A stretch of 64,000 nt of DNA from positions 1-64,000 of the forward strand of contig QPGO01000291.1 in assembly GCA_008632985.1 (NCBI GenBank), written 5' to 3'. The DNA comes from Psammoneis japonica (lineage: Eukaryota). How positions within the stretch are numbered: position 1 is the stretch's first letter; the number at the start of each line of letters is the position of its first letter. Below are positions 11,980 through 23,897 of the stretch, piece after piece. The position numbers and the translations under genes were made by a program. A model generated the notes under the pieces. It made no database searches. It saw only the letters and a list, made by a program, of their open reading frames with translations, and was not told where the DNA came from.

Positions 11980-13551
11980 TCATTCTGCTTTATCTTCCTC
12001 ATCGGCTTGTCCAAGCATTTTGAAAAGAGACGCTTGAATTTCTCGCTGCCGTTCTTGCGTCATGCCCATTTCCTCCTCATCAAATCCTGCTTCTTCTTCT
12101 TGTTTCTTTTCCAAAGTTCGTCGCACTTGTGCTTGTCGTGGTGGTGATTTCAAACTCTTGGTTTGTTGTTCCACTCCGGGATAATACCACGGTGGCGCCA
12201 TTAAATTCATACCGGGATGAACATCCAGTGCCCACGAATTGGGAATTTGCAAACACGTTTGCAAAAAAATCGATGCCGAATCAAACATAAATTTGGGACG
12301 GGGCGAATTGTGATCGCCCTCGACGATAATCAAATTCTTGTCTCCCGCGTAGCGGGCATAAATGGCTTCGGAATGAGACTTGTTGATGAAATCATCGTGT
12401 TCCCCCGCGACAAAGAGCGCGGGAATAAAGCTCTTGTCCGCGTGCGAAATGGGTGAGATTTGCTTGATATTAAAATTGGCTTGTTTCTTGACACTGGAAG
12501 ACAAGAATCGAATGGCAAGATTCGTAACGACATTCGGGACATTGATTCCCTGTTCACGTCCCTTCTCCACCATTTCTTCACAAAGCAGCGTCAAATCGGA
12601 AAAGGGCGAATCAAGAATCATGCAAGCAATGCTGGGATCCCGATCACCGTGCATGAGCGCCGTGGCGGCTCCCATGGACCGTCCCCAGAGCGCAATCGTC
12701 GACACGACATTGGTCGCACGCAAATGCGCAATGACACACATCAAATCCTCCCGTTCATAATAACCCAAACTCACATACTCTCCATCCGATTTGCCCGAAC
12801 CGGCAAAGTCAAACGAAAAGACCGCCAACCCCAACGATAGTAGGTACGACAGTTGAGGCAACACTTCGACGCGTGCCGAGGAATTGCCGTGCATATAAAT
12901 GACAACGGGAATGCGGTCCGAGGTGCGCTCGACGGGTTCCCAGTGCGAGCATTGCAAATTGAGACCGCGCTTGGTTTTCAGCATAAAGTCGGTTCGGGTG
13001 AATCGACGATTGCAAAAAGTAAAAGCGGGCGGTCCGAGGGCTTCTTCCTGAAATAATAAAATACAGAGAGTGAATGACACAGAATCAACAGCGTAAGAAC
13101 ATCGCAAAGAAATAAAAACTTCATACCAGAGCTCAAAAAAGAAACTACACACACACACCTTGTAATCCGCTCTCGGTGGACGTATAATGGCATTGACAAG
13201 CTCCTGATATCCCAATTTCGCCATTTGAACATAACTCAACTTACGCTGTCGTTCACGCTCCATGGAACTGGTTCGATCGACTCGTTTCCTCCGGCGCTGT
13301 TCATCTGCTTCAGAAGATGACGATCGCCGGTGCTTGTGCGAATCAACACCCAACTGTTCAGGATTATCATTATTACCGGCAGCCACTTCTTGTCCTTCAT
13401 CCAAAGCCTTTTGCGTGTGTTTGGGTTGACAATTGGAAGCCGCCGTGCCCTCATTGACAACCGTGTCGATATCGGGAGAGTCCAACGTCGACATGTTGTA
13501 CGCCTCTTCCAAAATGGCGTCCTCCTCTTCTTCGGACATGATATTACCCAT
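11980..13551 (-). CDS. Alpha/beta-fold serine hydrolase (YqkD/ABHD-like); exons 13551-13159 and 13047-11980
   Basis: HGNSS, DFAGSGKSDG, WGRSMG nucleophile elbow, DDFI and GDHN triad candidates. MGN start suggests myristoylation. In-frame 111-bp GT...CAG intron 13158-13048. Confidence 0.88.
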   Translation of the reverse strand: MGNIMSEEEEDAILEEAYNMSTLDSPDIDTVVNEGTAASNCQPKHTQKALDEGQEVAAGNNDNPEQLGVDSHKHRRSSSSEADEQRRRKRVDRTSSMERERQRKLSYVQMAKLGYQELVNAIIRPPRADYKVCVCSFFFELWYEVFISLRCSYAVDSVSFTLCILLFQEEALGPPAFTFCNRRFTRTDFMLKTKRGLNLQCSHWEPVERTSDRIPVVIYMHGNSSARVEVLPQLSYLLSLGLAVFSFDFAGSGKSDGEYVSLGYYEREDLMCVIAHLRATNVVSTIALWGRSMGAATALMHGDRDPSIACMILDSPFSDLTLLCEEMVEKGREQGINVPNVVTNLAIRFLSSSVKKQANFNIKQISPISHADKSFIPALFVAGEHDDFINKSHSEAIYARYAGDKNLIIVEGDHNSPRPKFMFDSASIFLQTCLQIPNSWALDVHPGMNLMAPPWYYPGVEQQTKSLKSPPRQAQVRRTLEKKQEEEAGFDEEEMGMTQERQREIQASLFKMLGQADEEDKAE

Positions 13552-13584
13552 TGTTCTTGTTGTTGTTGTTGTTGTTGTTGTTGT
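13551..13584. repeat. (TTG/ACA)n microsatellite in the 5' region of the hydrolase
   Basis: ttgttcttgttgttgttgttgttgttgttgttgt. Confidence 0.8.
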
Positions 13585-14154
13585 AATCAATAAAAGAAGA
13601 AGCACAAGTATGGTATGATGTGGTTTACTCAATCAACGAGAACGAACGTCGTCATTGTGAACGAGACGTCGTAATTGATCGTGGCTCACCTCTCGCTGCT
13701 AACCGCTAACGGTCGAAAACAATCGCCTACCGGTACGTACGTACGTAGGTTAATTACGAGACGTACGTGGCGTTCAAAATCATCGATATTCAGACATTTC
13801 CGACAATGACTGGCGGTTCTTATCATTAATTACATTATGCGTACATAAATATAAGAAGTGTATCGTTTTATCTTCCTCAGCCAATCAGATTGCCTCATTT
13901 TTCTCGGATCTTTCTCCCTGTAGATTTCTACGTAGCCAGTACCGTCTGTACCGGTCCGTGTTTGGAAACCGACAAAAAGTGCCGACCTTTTTTCTCACGT
14001 TGCATCGGTGGTCGGTGGATGGTGCTCAGTTCCGTCGTTGTTTTAGATCTTACTACGAGCTGAGATTCTTGCATCGCAGTCACCTTGACTCGGATTGCAT
14101 CTGGAGAGACTCGTTGCTCTTTGATTTTTTGATACTTGACTTGTGCAAAAAATC

Positions 14155-15612
14155 ATGGCTTTAGCTTTATTGCGAATGCCAATATGCGGCAGAACCGTCT
14201 TGTTGCGTCGCAGCAGTAGTGTGTTGCGCCGCAGCTACACGACAACACGATGTTTATTATCATCAGAGTATCCCCCGCACACACTCTATCCCATGCCGGC
14301 ACTCAGTCCCACCATGGAAACGGGAACCATTGCGAGTTGGAGTATTGCCGAGGGTGATGAATTTGGTGCCGGTGATGTCCTTTGCAGCATTGAAACCGAC
14401 AAGGCTACGATTGACTTTGAATCTCAAGATGATGGGATTTTAGCCAAAATCCTCAAAGAGGGTGAGAGTGCACGTGATTTGGCCGTGGGAGTGCCCATTT
14501 GTGTGGTTGTGGAAGAAGCGGAGGATGTAGCGGCCTTTGCAAACTACAGTGCTCCGGAAGAAGCAACTCCGCAAGCTGCTCCAGAAGCTACGGCTCCAGC
14601 ACCAACTGCTACTACTACTACTACACCCGTCGATCGCAAGGTTGCAGATGAACATGTTCTCATGCCGGCGGCAAGGCACTTGTCTCAATCCAAGGGTGTG
14701 GATGCTACCGTTTTGGCTGGATCTGGAAAGGATGGTCGAGTCACCAAGGGCGATGTCTTGCAAGCTCTAGCCAATGGCACGCACATGCCTGCACTATCTA
14801 CTGCCACCACGGAAACCGTAACAACAACAACAGCTGCTGCGGCGGCAGCTCCACCTCCTGCAGCTCCGATCCAAGCTACCATTCCCGAGGTGAACACGTT
14901 TGGAGAATACCAAGATGTTCCCAACAACAACATGCGCAAGGTGATTGCCCGTCGCTTGACGGAAAGCAAAAGCACCGTCCCTCATTACTACACAGCCGTG
15001 GAGGTGGAACTCGATGAGGTGTTGCAACTCCGCAAGGAGCTGGCATCCAAACACGACGTCAAGGTATCCGTCAATGACTTGATTATTCGCTCGTGTGCAC
15101 TGGCACTCCGTGATGTTCCCGAAGTCAATGCCTCGTACGATCCCGCCACAGACAAGGTGCAATTGCAAGACTCGGTCGATGTCAGTGTCGCCGTGGCGAC
15201 ACCGACCGGTCTCATTACGCCCATTGTCAACAACACGGACCAGTTGGGACTTTCCGACATTTCGAATAAAATCCGAGACTTGGCAACCCGTGCCCGGGAC
15301 GGTGCACTCCAACCACACGAATACCAAGGCGGGACCTTTACGGTTTCCAACTTGGGAATGTTTGGCATGGACGAATTCAGTGCCGTGATTAATCCACCGC
15401 AAGCGGCCATTTTGGCCGTGGGCGGTGGGAGCCGCCAAGTCGTACCGACGCCCTACGTGGAGGGAGCTGAGGAGCAGGCCAAGCCATCCATTAAAACCAT
15501 AATGACGGCACGGCTCAGTGCGGATCGGAGGGTGGTGGATGAAGCCACGGCGGCGCTCTTTTTGTCAGCCTTTCATCATTATCTTTCCAAGCCGCAATTG
15601 TTGCTATTGTAG
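14155..15612 (+). CDS. PDHX: Mitochondrial pyruvate dehydrogenase E2-family protein, probably the E3-binding protein (protein X)
   Basis: Arg/Ser-rich presequence, lipoyl domain (MPALSPTM...IETDKA), subunit-binding domain (GSGKDGRVTKGDV), acyltransferase-like domain (GGTFTVSNLGMFG...INPPQ). The catalytic DHR motif reads DRR. Confidence 0.85.
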   Translation: MALALLRMPICGRTVLLRRSSSVLRRSYTTTRCLLSSEYPPHTLYPMPALSPTMETGTIASWSIAEGDEFGAGDVLCSIETDKATIDFESQDDGILAKILKEGESARDLAVGVPICVVVEEAEDVAAFANYSAPEEATPQAAPEATAPAPTATTTTTPVDRKVADEHVLMPAARHLSQSKGVDATVLAGSGKDGRVTKGDVLQALANGTHMPALSTATTETVTTTTAAAAAAPPPAAPIQATIPEVNTFGEYQDVPNNNMRKVIARRLTESKSTVPHYYTAVEVELDEVLQLRKELASKHDVKVSVNDLIIRSCALALRDVPEVNASYDPATDKVQLQDSVDVSVAVATPTGLITPIVNNTDQLGLSDISNKIRDLATRARDGALQPHEYQGGTFTVSNLGMFGMDEFSAVINPPQAAILAVGGGSRQVVPTPYVEGAEEQAKPSIKTIMTARLSADRRVVDEATAALFLSAFHHYLSKPQLLLL

Positions 15613-15644
15613 TAGTGAATTGTAGCAAACGATTTTGAAAACAT

Positions 15645-16700
15645 TTACTGCTCTAGTACAGTGTCTTTTACGTCTGTGTGGAAGCTGGTGCCTTCAAGGC
15701 GTCCCCTTGTGGAGTGTGAATCCCACATTAGAAGGAATTCATAGAGGTCCTCGTTGTGATCCAACAAGTCGCTTTGATCAACCTTGTCCAACCACTTTTT
15801 CGTCAGAGCTCTGCCCCAATGTGGTCCAAAACAACATGATGTTGAGCTTGTTGCAACTTTCATAAAGCCTGCAAGCATTGTATTCCTCACTGCTCTGGTG
15901 ATGGAGAGCAAAATGGATGCAATCATGTGCATGCTTTTTAGGGGCAGAAGCCATCTTGGTTGTCCAGCAAGCAGGATCATGGTTCAGACCTGCCTTTCAA
16001 CCCCTTTTGAATCCGAGGAGCAACAGGGTTTTCAACTTGCTTGGCCTTGTTGTGAGGTCCAGCCAAGTTGTCCAATTTTGCATTTTTGCCTGCTGTGGCA
16101 GATTGAGATTCCTCTTTGTTGACAAATTTCCAAGTGGACCTTGTGCTCAACCTTGACAGGGAAAAATGATGGGCAGCACATGATGTGGCAGCCCTGCAGA
16201 TTGTTGGAGAGTGCGCACAAGGCTCAGAAGAAGCGGGGCAGCCCAACAACACCCTCTGCAGACTTTCAGAAAGAGGGCAAAGTTAAGGAAACAAGGATTG
16301 CAACTACAACAAGAGCAGTGCTGAGAAATGGACAGCAAGGTGCACTCACCAAAGCAACATGTTGAGAGGAAGAGTCAAAAACATCGCATGCATTGTCTTG
16401 TTGAAGAGAGAAGGCAATGCCCGCAACACCAGCCAGAAGCAGGATGACATCAGAAGCAAAATTGCAAGGGAGGAGCAGCACAATGAGGACATCAGAGGCA
16501 CCACAATATAGAAGTCCCCCAACAGCTCACATGGCTGTTCCTGAGCTCAGCAAGTGCAGAGCAGGGACAAATGTTGCTGATCCGTTCAACGCAAGAAACA
16601 CCTGCCTGTGTGTTGTTTTTCTTTTGTGTGACCAATCACGAGGCACTGTGGAAAGTGCTGAGAACACACACACCTTTTTGTGCCATACATGTGCATGACT
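15645..16700 (-). pseudogene. Unidentified decayed ORF or repeat relic; 15870-16700 is strongly TA- and CG-depleted
   Basis: Composition switch inside an intergenic region. Fragmented hydrophobic reading frames on the minus strand, no family recognised. Confidence 0.3.
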
Positions 16701-17143
16701 GCCACTCCATCAATGAGAACGTGATGCTCTGATTATGGATCAATGTTTCTGTTTGAATGCTTCTTTCGTCATTTTTGCGGGGTCCTTCGGGTCGGTCGTC
16801 CGTTGGTCGCTCGTTAGTCGTGGTTCCTAATTGTTGGCGATTCGGGACTGCAATTCATACATGGCTCTCCAGTAGAAACCCTACATACGTAAATTTGGTA
16901 CTACATTCATGCGGATGACGTCGTTTCTCGCACCACGCGATTTTCAGATTTCCCTCCAACACGCTCTTTCTTGCAAACGACACAAGAGCAAGCTGTTGCG
17001 AGAAGCAAAACGACAACATTTTTTTTTCCAACAATCACAACCGTGGCGTTACTCTCAATATACAAATATTTCCAAAAAGTGATGAGAGTATCCGTTGTTG
17101 CCTTTTTATCCTCTCATCTCGTTTGGGAAATCTCCTTACGTAC

Positions 17144-18237
17144 ATGAACGGCAACATTCGTTCGGATGAGCGCATTGTGTTTTTCCCCACCATTGCACGA
17201 GACGCGAGCAATGATACAGCGACTGTATTCGAAGTACCCATTCACGGTTGGATCTTTGAACCGGATCGTCGAGACAAGCGACGACGCGCTCTCTTGCACT
17301 TGTTGGGCCGTGCCTACAATGTGTCGAGGACGGATCAAGAAAAAAAGGATTTATTAAAAAGACGCATGGGTCCCTTCTTGGTGGACAATGAACGATGGAA
17401 GACTCCGTTTGTCAAGATTGTTTGGAACAACAAAGATGACGAGTTGCAACAAGTCGTGCATCGTGTGTCACCGTCCAAAAAGAATGGACACTTTCGTGAT
17501 GTTGTGCAATTCGTGGCAGCAGACGGATGCAAAAACGGTGAATCATTGTCCTTGACACAACAATTGTGTTGTGAAGCCATTTTACGTGATTCCGATAAAC
17601 GACGATTTGCGGGAACCGTTCATCTCTTGGCGGATACAGGAGTTTCTGTGATTTCAGACATTGACGATACCATCAAGGTGACCAATGCCACCCACACGAA
17701 AACGTTGATTCGAAACACCTTTCTCAAGGAATTCCGTGCTGTTCCGGGAATGGCAGAATTGTATTCCAAATGGAAGGACAGCATGATGCTAGTTTTCACT
17801 TTGTCTCGTCGAGTCCGTGGCAATTGTATGAGGAGATGGAAGATTTTCGAAAACGCGAGGGTTTTCCGGACGCCACGTTTCACCTAAAGAGTGTCCGACC
17901 CAAGGATCGCACTCTTTTCAATCTCTTTGCCGATCCCTTCAAGGCCAAAATGGCGTCCATTACCCATATCGTAGAACGATTCCCAAATCGCACGTTTGTG
18001 TTGGTGGGTGACTCTGGAGAAAAGGATCCAGAAGTATACGGACAGTTGGCCAAGATGTTTCCTGAACAAATTCATCGAGTCTTTATCCGGGATGTCGGTC
18101 TCCAGAACAACCTGACGGCGCGTATAGAGGAAGCGTTTGACGGCGTTCCTAGTGAAAAGTGGAGCACCTTTACGGATCCTTCCAAAGTCGAGCTTACCAT
18201 TGATGCAAACGAAACCGCAGAGACACTCGCTCCATAG
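17144..18237 (+). CDS. APP1: APP1-type phosphatidate phosphatase (DUF2183), with one frameshift near 17775 (assembly indel or pseudogene)
   Basis: GVSVISDIDDTIK (DxDxT), FHFVSSSPWQLY, VLVGDSGEKDPEVY, IFIR-like VFIRDV. ORFs 17123-17887 and 17770-18237 overlap in different frames. Confidence 0.85.
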
Positions 18238-19569
18238 AATCCGAATCTGAGATACTTTCCAGTGCAGCAAGACGGACTGAGAATATAACCGCGATAGACT
18301 TACAATAGCTACATTTACACCATCGTCCGTCTTTGTTGTCTTCTGGGTTTCCTTTTTGGATTCTCCTCGTTCAAACGGATGCAAGCGTGTCCGACGTGTC
18401 AATCCCGAGGGAGTCGAGGATCACCAAAGCGGATGTTAAACCTTATTGGCGCTATTCGTTAATGTCACAGAGTTATTGCCTTTATCAACCGACATTTTCT
18501 GGAGAATGACGAGGGCAAGCACTACCGCATTGCCCGCTAACCCTTTGTCTATCTGCATTGTTGCCGAAAGCTTTTGAATACAGGACACTCAAACACAGCG
18601 CACTGTTTGATCGTAAGGGTCGTCAAAAACGGCGGGAAAGCGTCCGAATTGTTGGTTCCTCCTCTCTTACGGTAGTCCTAGGTGGAACTCTCTACCACAT
18701 CGAAGTCTGAAACCGAAAGATTTTGGATTGTCGCCCTCGCTACTACCGGTATCAGAAAATAGAGGAGAGATGATTGCTTGCACCAATCATTTTGCTGCAT
18801 TTTTTACCTCTCTATTAAGTGAGTTTTGCGCCGGGCGTCCGAATTAATTATAACATATAACGGTTGTTTTTTCGGAACAGGGTGCTACCGGTATGTACGG
18901 TACGCACTTCTGCGCGACCCACGCGACCTGACTAATGCGCGTTGGGGCCAGAGTAGTGCGTGGTGCTCTGGTTGTTTTGCTTCTGACCGTTCTGTCTTCT
19001 GTGAGGTTTCATGAGGTCATCTGTGCATGCACATTGATGTTGTCTAAGGCGAGCTGCGTTGGCTTAAGTGAACGTGTAAAAATGCGAAATTTGCGCACTG
19101 TTGCCGTTGTCTTTGCCAAATGGTTGGTCATCATTTCTGTCCACACTCGATCCGCGGCGGCTTGAGTGAAAGTCCAGGTGCATGATGTTGACGCATTGAT
19201 GCGGTTGTCTTTGCTAAACAGTTAGTTGTAACTTGCTCCATTCCATCATTTCTGTCCATGCTTGTTCTGAAGGGTCCTTGCTTGCTCCTTCTCCTGCTCC
19301 GTTGCTCCCGCTTCTTCCATCTCCTCCTCGGTGAAAAATCTCCCGGATGACTGTGGTGGTGCCGCCGCCCACGCTGCCTGTTGCTCCGTTTTGTGTGACA
19401 TTTGCGTTCACGTGTTCTTTGTTTGTTGATTGAAATCCATTCGACGTTGTGTGGCGCATGTGTGGAATTCTGCGCAATGTGCTGGTCTAATCGAAATTTT
19501 CGATTTTACAAAATTTTTGCATTTTTGCGGTGGTTGGTTTTGCCAAATAGTTGCACAGTGGTTGGGCAT

Positions 19570-22325
19570 CCTAATCTCATGTTTGCACACTACATTGACA
19601 CTTCTGCGCACTGTTGCTGAGAGAAATGCGCGGCGCTTCTCTCCTTCATGAGTCTTGTCAAGGCTTCGTGGCCTTCTGCGAGCTTGCACTTTTGTTGGTC
19701 CTTGCTTGGTGGCTTTCGCATGAACAGCCCTTCTCTGGTCTTTACTCTGGAGAGCACAACATGCGCCCAATTCTGAGTTTAGCTCCAAGAGTGTACAAAC
19801 AACTGCGGGACTCCACTCCCTTGCAGTTTGCGCCCTGCAGTGGCATTGTTGATGACAAACGGCAGCTGGGTTGCCTTCAGTTGGAAAGTGTGCCTTTGTT
19901 TGTCGCCTTCTTCTAAAATTAGGTTGGGCTTGGCAATGCAAGCCCTGAAAGTGTTTGTTTTGGGTTCAACTGAAAACTTTGTGGGGGTGATGCTTTTGTT
20001 GCAGTGTTCCAATGCAACGTGGTCCACCTGACTAGCAAGTGCAGCAGGAGTGCCAATGTTGTTGTCTAAAGTTGCCAGTCTTGGCTCCTGTCCTAGTTTG
20101 AGAACGACCTCATTGACAGTGGCTTGCGTTCCGTTTGCTTGACCTTTTGCTGCATTTTTGTTGAAAGGTGTCATGACTCTGCATCTTCTGTAAATGCGAA
20201 AGACTGGATCCATTCTTCCTGATTGCATGATGATGTCTCCTTCCCCACAGTTGTTCCAGAAGCTGTTGCAAACCGGAAACGGTTGGCAGAGTCTTGTGCC
20301 ATTCTGCACCTGCAAGTCATCACTGAAAATCAACATTGAGTCAAGGACGCTTCCATCTCTCCCAAGCAGTGTTTTTGCTCTTTTTTCAAATGGGCCAGTG
20401 TTCATTGCATCTCTGTCCTTGTTTGCGCACGCAGCACAGCGGAGGTCACTGGGCAGATCATCTTGGTTCTGGACCACTTGTTCGTTGATGTGCTCTGTGT
20501 CCTCAACTGCAATCTCACCAGTGCGGAATCTCTCAAGCAGTTGTCCCCATGCTGGATCGTTTCTAAACCTGTGCACGCCACGAAGCTCCACGTGGCAGTT
20601 GATCCACTCGTGATTTTCAGGACATGCATCTTTGTGCAGTGGTTTCACTCCTTTTCCGACTGGCTCCAGTTGCCTGAGGTCACCTGCGAAAACAATGTTG
20701 ACACCACCGTGCGGCTTGCTTGGTTCGCTTTTCAATGCTGTTAAATTCTTGTGGAGTTTTTTCAGCTCTCTCTTGCTTGCAAAAGATGTCTCGTCTGCCA
20801 CCAAAAGTCTCGTGTCTGACCATGTTTCAATTTGTTCTTCGGTTGTTTGCTTTTTTCTCATGAGGCATGCAACTCGGTGGATTGTGTCCCCTTTGAGAAC
20901 AGTCGTGGCCACTCCAGTCAGTGCAGTTGTTCTGATTGTGCTTGTTGTGAACGGCTGCTCGACAAGCGAGCAATGCTCTCCACCGCATTCCATGACGAGG
21001 TCTGTCATGGTTGATTTACCACTTCCACCTGCACCATGCAAAAAACACACAAGTTGCAACATTCTGCGTCTTTGCACTTCCACGAGTCTCTTCAATTGGC
21101 GAAGGTTTGTTGTGAAGTCATGTCTGCTGTTTCTTCTGTTGAGTTCATTGCCTGACGTCTCATCTTGAAGAGCATCTTGGTGGCAAGTGAGCACAAAGGT
21201 TCCTGCCAGAATTTCAAAGGCATGCTGCTGTTGCCTGTCCAGTCTTGCTTTCCCAGCCCAGTCTACAACACTTGCTGCAGATTTGTTTGCTTGACACACA
21301 TCAACATGTTCCTCCAAACCTGTCATGTCTTCAAATGACCTTCTTGTTCTTTGTGCTCTAGTCAGTGTCACTCGAACAATGTCATCTCTTGACAGAGTTC
21401 TGCTGTGGATGTCTTGTTCTGCTCCTTCATTCTGCTCCTCCTTGTCGGTGTCATCGTCGCCCTCTAGATTCTCAAAAAGTTGTCGTTCATCAACCTGGCT
21501 TTCCTCATTTGGTGGGTCAGTGTGCATGTCTGCCAAGCATTTGCAACCACCCATGTGTGGACCTTTCTGTCTTGCATGTTCACCACTCAAATGCGCAGGA
21601 ACAACTGCTTGGTCGCTCAACCCAATGTCATTGTCTTCTGGCTGCTCTGCCATTTCTTCCAAGAGTGCATCCAGCAGTTGGCCCTGAACGGCGCCTGAAA
21701 GACCTTCTTTCTCACCTGATTTGAGCTCTTCTCGTTTCCTTTTCCGTGACTGTGCGTCCAGTTCCTTGTGTGGGGCAACTTTGCGCATTTTACGCAATTC
21801 CATGCATTTGGGAAAACACGACTTCGTAACGTGCATGTGCTGGTTGTAAGCTGCGTCCGGCATGTGTGCCTCTGTTGTCCCCTGCGGACTGCTTTGCTGG
21901 CACTGCGCACACATTGCTTTTAGTTGATTCGCACGGTTGTCTGGATGGCAAGTCAGGCCAGGTGCACGATGTCGTGACTGCAAAAAGCTTTCTACAAACT
22001 CAACGTTTGTCCAGCACTTGGTGCAGTGACAACAACAAGCAAACATCCCGTTCTTTGACTGCTGGCCGTCTTTGTGCCTCAGGTTTCTCAGCTGTTGGTC
22101 GTCTGCTGCTTTCAGGGAGCTGCAGCACCATTTTGGCACTGTGCAGTCATGATCAAATGCTTCACAAAACGCGCTGGTGCTAAACTCTTCGCCAGAGATT
22201 AATCTGTGCTGCAGATCTTCTGAACTGTGTTGGCAAGGTGCTCAGCACCTTCGCATCGGATCTGTCTTGTTGGTGAATGCAGTTTCTCTCTTGCATTGTT
22301 GATCAATGTGAGCCAGATCTGCATG
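19570..22325 (-). pseudogene. Helitron RepHel, C-terminal part: end of Rep plus PIF1-family SF1B helicase
   Basis: HGAGGSGKST (I), TALTGVA (Ia), LVADETS (II), GGVNIVFAGDLRQLEPV (III), HRFRND (IV), ANGT, QLPF...KLQG (V), and NWAHVVLSRV (VI) after an in-frame TAA at 19779. Lower end approximate. Confidence 0.85.
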
Positions 22326-22706
22326 TGCAACATGCGTTGTCATGCACGCATTACATGTGTGTGTCTGTGTGTTAAATAAAAGCACATTTCAATCGCACGT
22401 CAATCGTGGGTTCGTACGAAGTACAGATCAGCCACACAGAAGTGATCGGATGTCGAGAATCGCAAATGCAATCGTACGATGATGTTGACATCTCATGTGT
22501 CAATGTCAATCGTATCCGGACAATCTGTCATCACGATCACATTCTCCGAAAGGCCTTTTGTCTGCAGGAGCAGTGCAAAAGGTTTGGGCCATTGAGAACC
22601 CGTTCGGAGAAACCCAAAATGATTGCGCAGAAACAATTCTCATAATTTTTTCACCTTTTGAACTTCGTTCTACTTTCGTTTACACTCGTTCTTCGAGCAC
22701 AGTGCA
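22326..22706 (+). repeat. 5' LTR of Gypsy-2
   Basis: Direct repeat of 27125-27505. Confidence 0.95.
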
Positions 22707-22742
22707 TTGTGCACACACACCACAGAAGGCAACAAGTTCAAG

Positions 22743-23897
22743 ATGAAGCTTTCACCTCATGCAGCCAACGCCAAAACTTCGTTGAGGCAGGAGAAAATCG
22801 TCCCTCAACCGCTGGAATCGAACTCTGAGCTGAAGAGCCTCAAACCAAGCCAGCACCTCAAGATGGAGCAACGTTTTCATCCCGAGAAGAAGGACAGCCG
22901 CACCCACACCATCAATGTTGAGTGCCACAAGAAACAAGGTGTCCCCAAGTTCATCGAATTTCTCAAGAGCTACGATCAACTTCCAGTGGGCCAGAACATC
23001 AGGAAGCAATCTGACAAGTTTCGTCTCATGCGCATGTTGCTCCAAGGAGACGCTCTACGTGCTTTCGAGAATGCGGCAGCGAACCTTGAAGACGAATCTG
23101 TGGAAGGAAGCTTCGAGAAATGCCTGCAACATCTCACGAGGCATGTGTTTCCCAAGAACGCACTTTTGGTGCAGAAACGTTATTTGCGTCGTGATCTCAA
23201 GAAGCCGGAGTCCATGAAAGCACGCGAAATTGCTGCTTGGGTCCAGGAAGTCAACGAAGACCTCAAGTTCCACCCTCCCTTTGGGAAGGAACAGAAGATC
23301 GAGGACGACGAGCTCAAGGACATCCTCTTCAACCTCGCACCTCGAAAGTGGCAGCGTCAGTCGACCGTCCAGGGTTTCGAAATTTTGAAACATGCCTGTG
23401 ACGAGTTGGTTGAGTTCTTGGAGCGCCCAGAGGTCGCAGAAGACACATTTGATGGCATTCATGCCAAGGCTGATGGCAGTGGCGGTGCTGCATCAAAAGC
23501 CAAGAGTGGTTCCCAACGTGGTTCCAAAAATGGTCACCAACATGGTGCCGAAAAATCTCAGTCCGAGAAGTGGTGCATTTCATGCGAGAAATCCACTCAC
23601 AACACGGACAAGTGCTGGTCGATCAAAAGACTTGCGAAAGAACGCCGTGGGAACTATGAACCCGACCCGAAACGGCGCCGTTCAAATGGCAATCGCACGT
23701 GGTCTCGTCGCGACAACGATGACGCCGCTCGCAAAGAAGAGTTGAATGCTGTGGCGATCCAAGCAGTTCAAAAAACACTCAAAGCGAGTTCTTCGAACAA
23801 TGACAAAAAACACAAGAGCAAAGATTGTGATTCTGATGCCCTTGACGAGGAAAATTGTCAGTTTGAAAAAATGACGCGCAGTGATTCTGAGGAATGA
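22743..23897 (+). CDS. gag: Gypsy-2 gag
   Basis: Open frame MKLSPH...SDSEE*, with a CxxCx4Hx4C knuckle (WCISCEKSTHNTDKC). Confidence 0.85.
   Translation: MKLSPHAANAKTSLRQEKIVPQPLESNSELKSLKPSQHLKMEQRFHPEKKDSRTHTINVECHKKQGVPKFIEFLKSYDQLPVGQNIRKQSDKFRLMRMLLQGDALRAFENAAANLEDESVEGSFEKCLQHLTRHVFPKNALLVQKRYLRRDLKKPESMKAREIAAWVQEVNEDLKFHPPFGKEQKIEDDELKDILFNLAPRKWQRQSTVQGFEILKHACDELVEFLERPEVAEDTFDGIHAKADGSGGAASKAKSGSQRGSKNGHQHGAEKSQSEKWCISCEKSTHNTDKCWSIKRLAKERRGNYEPDPKRRRSNGNRTWSRRDNDDAARKEELNAVAIQAVQKTLKASSSNNDKKHKSKDCDSDALDEENCQFEKMTRSDSEE

Noticed and set aside
13725..13895. Palindromic (GTAC)n tract and CCAAT box in the divergent hydrolase/PDHX intergenic region as defined regulatory sites
   Set aside because: Plausible promoter elements, but too short to support from sequence alone.
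19779..22139. Host PIF1 helicase gene
   Set aside because: It is linked to an HUH Rep motif, TA-depleted, and has a stop before motif VI.
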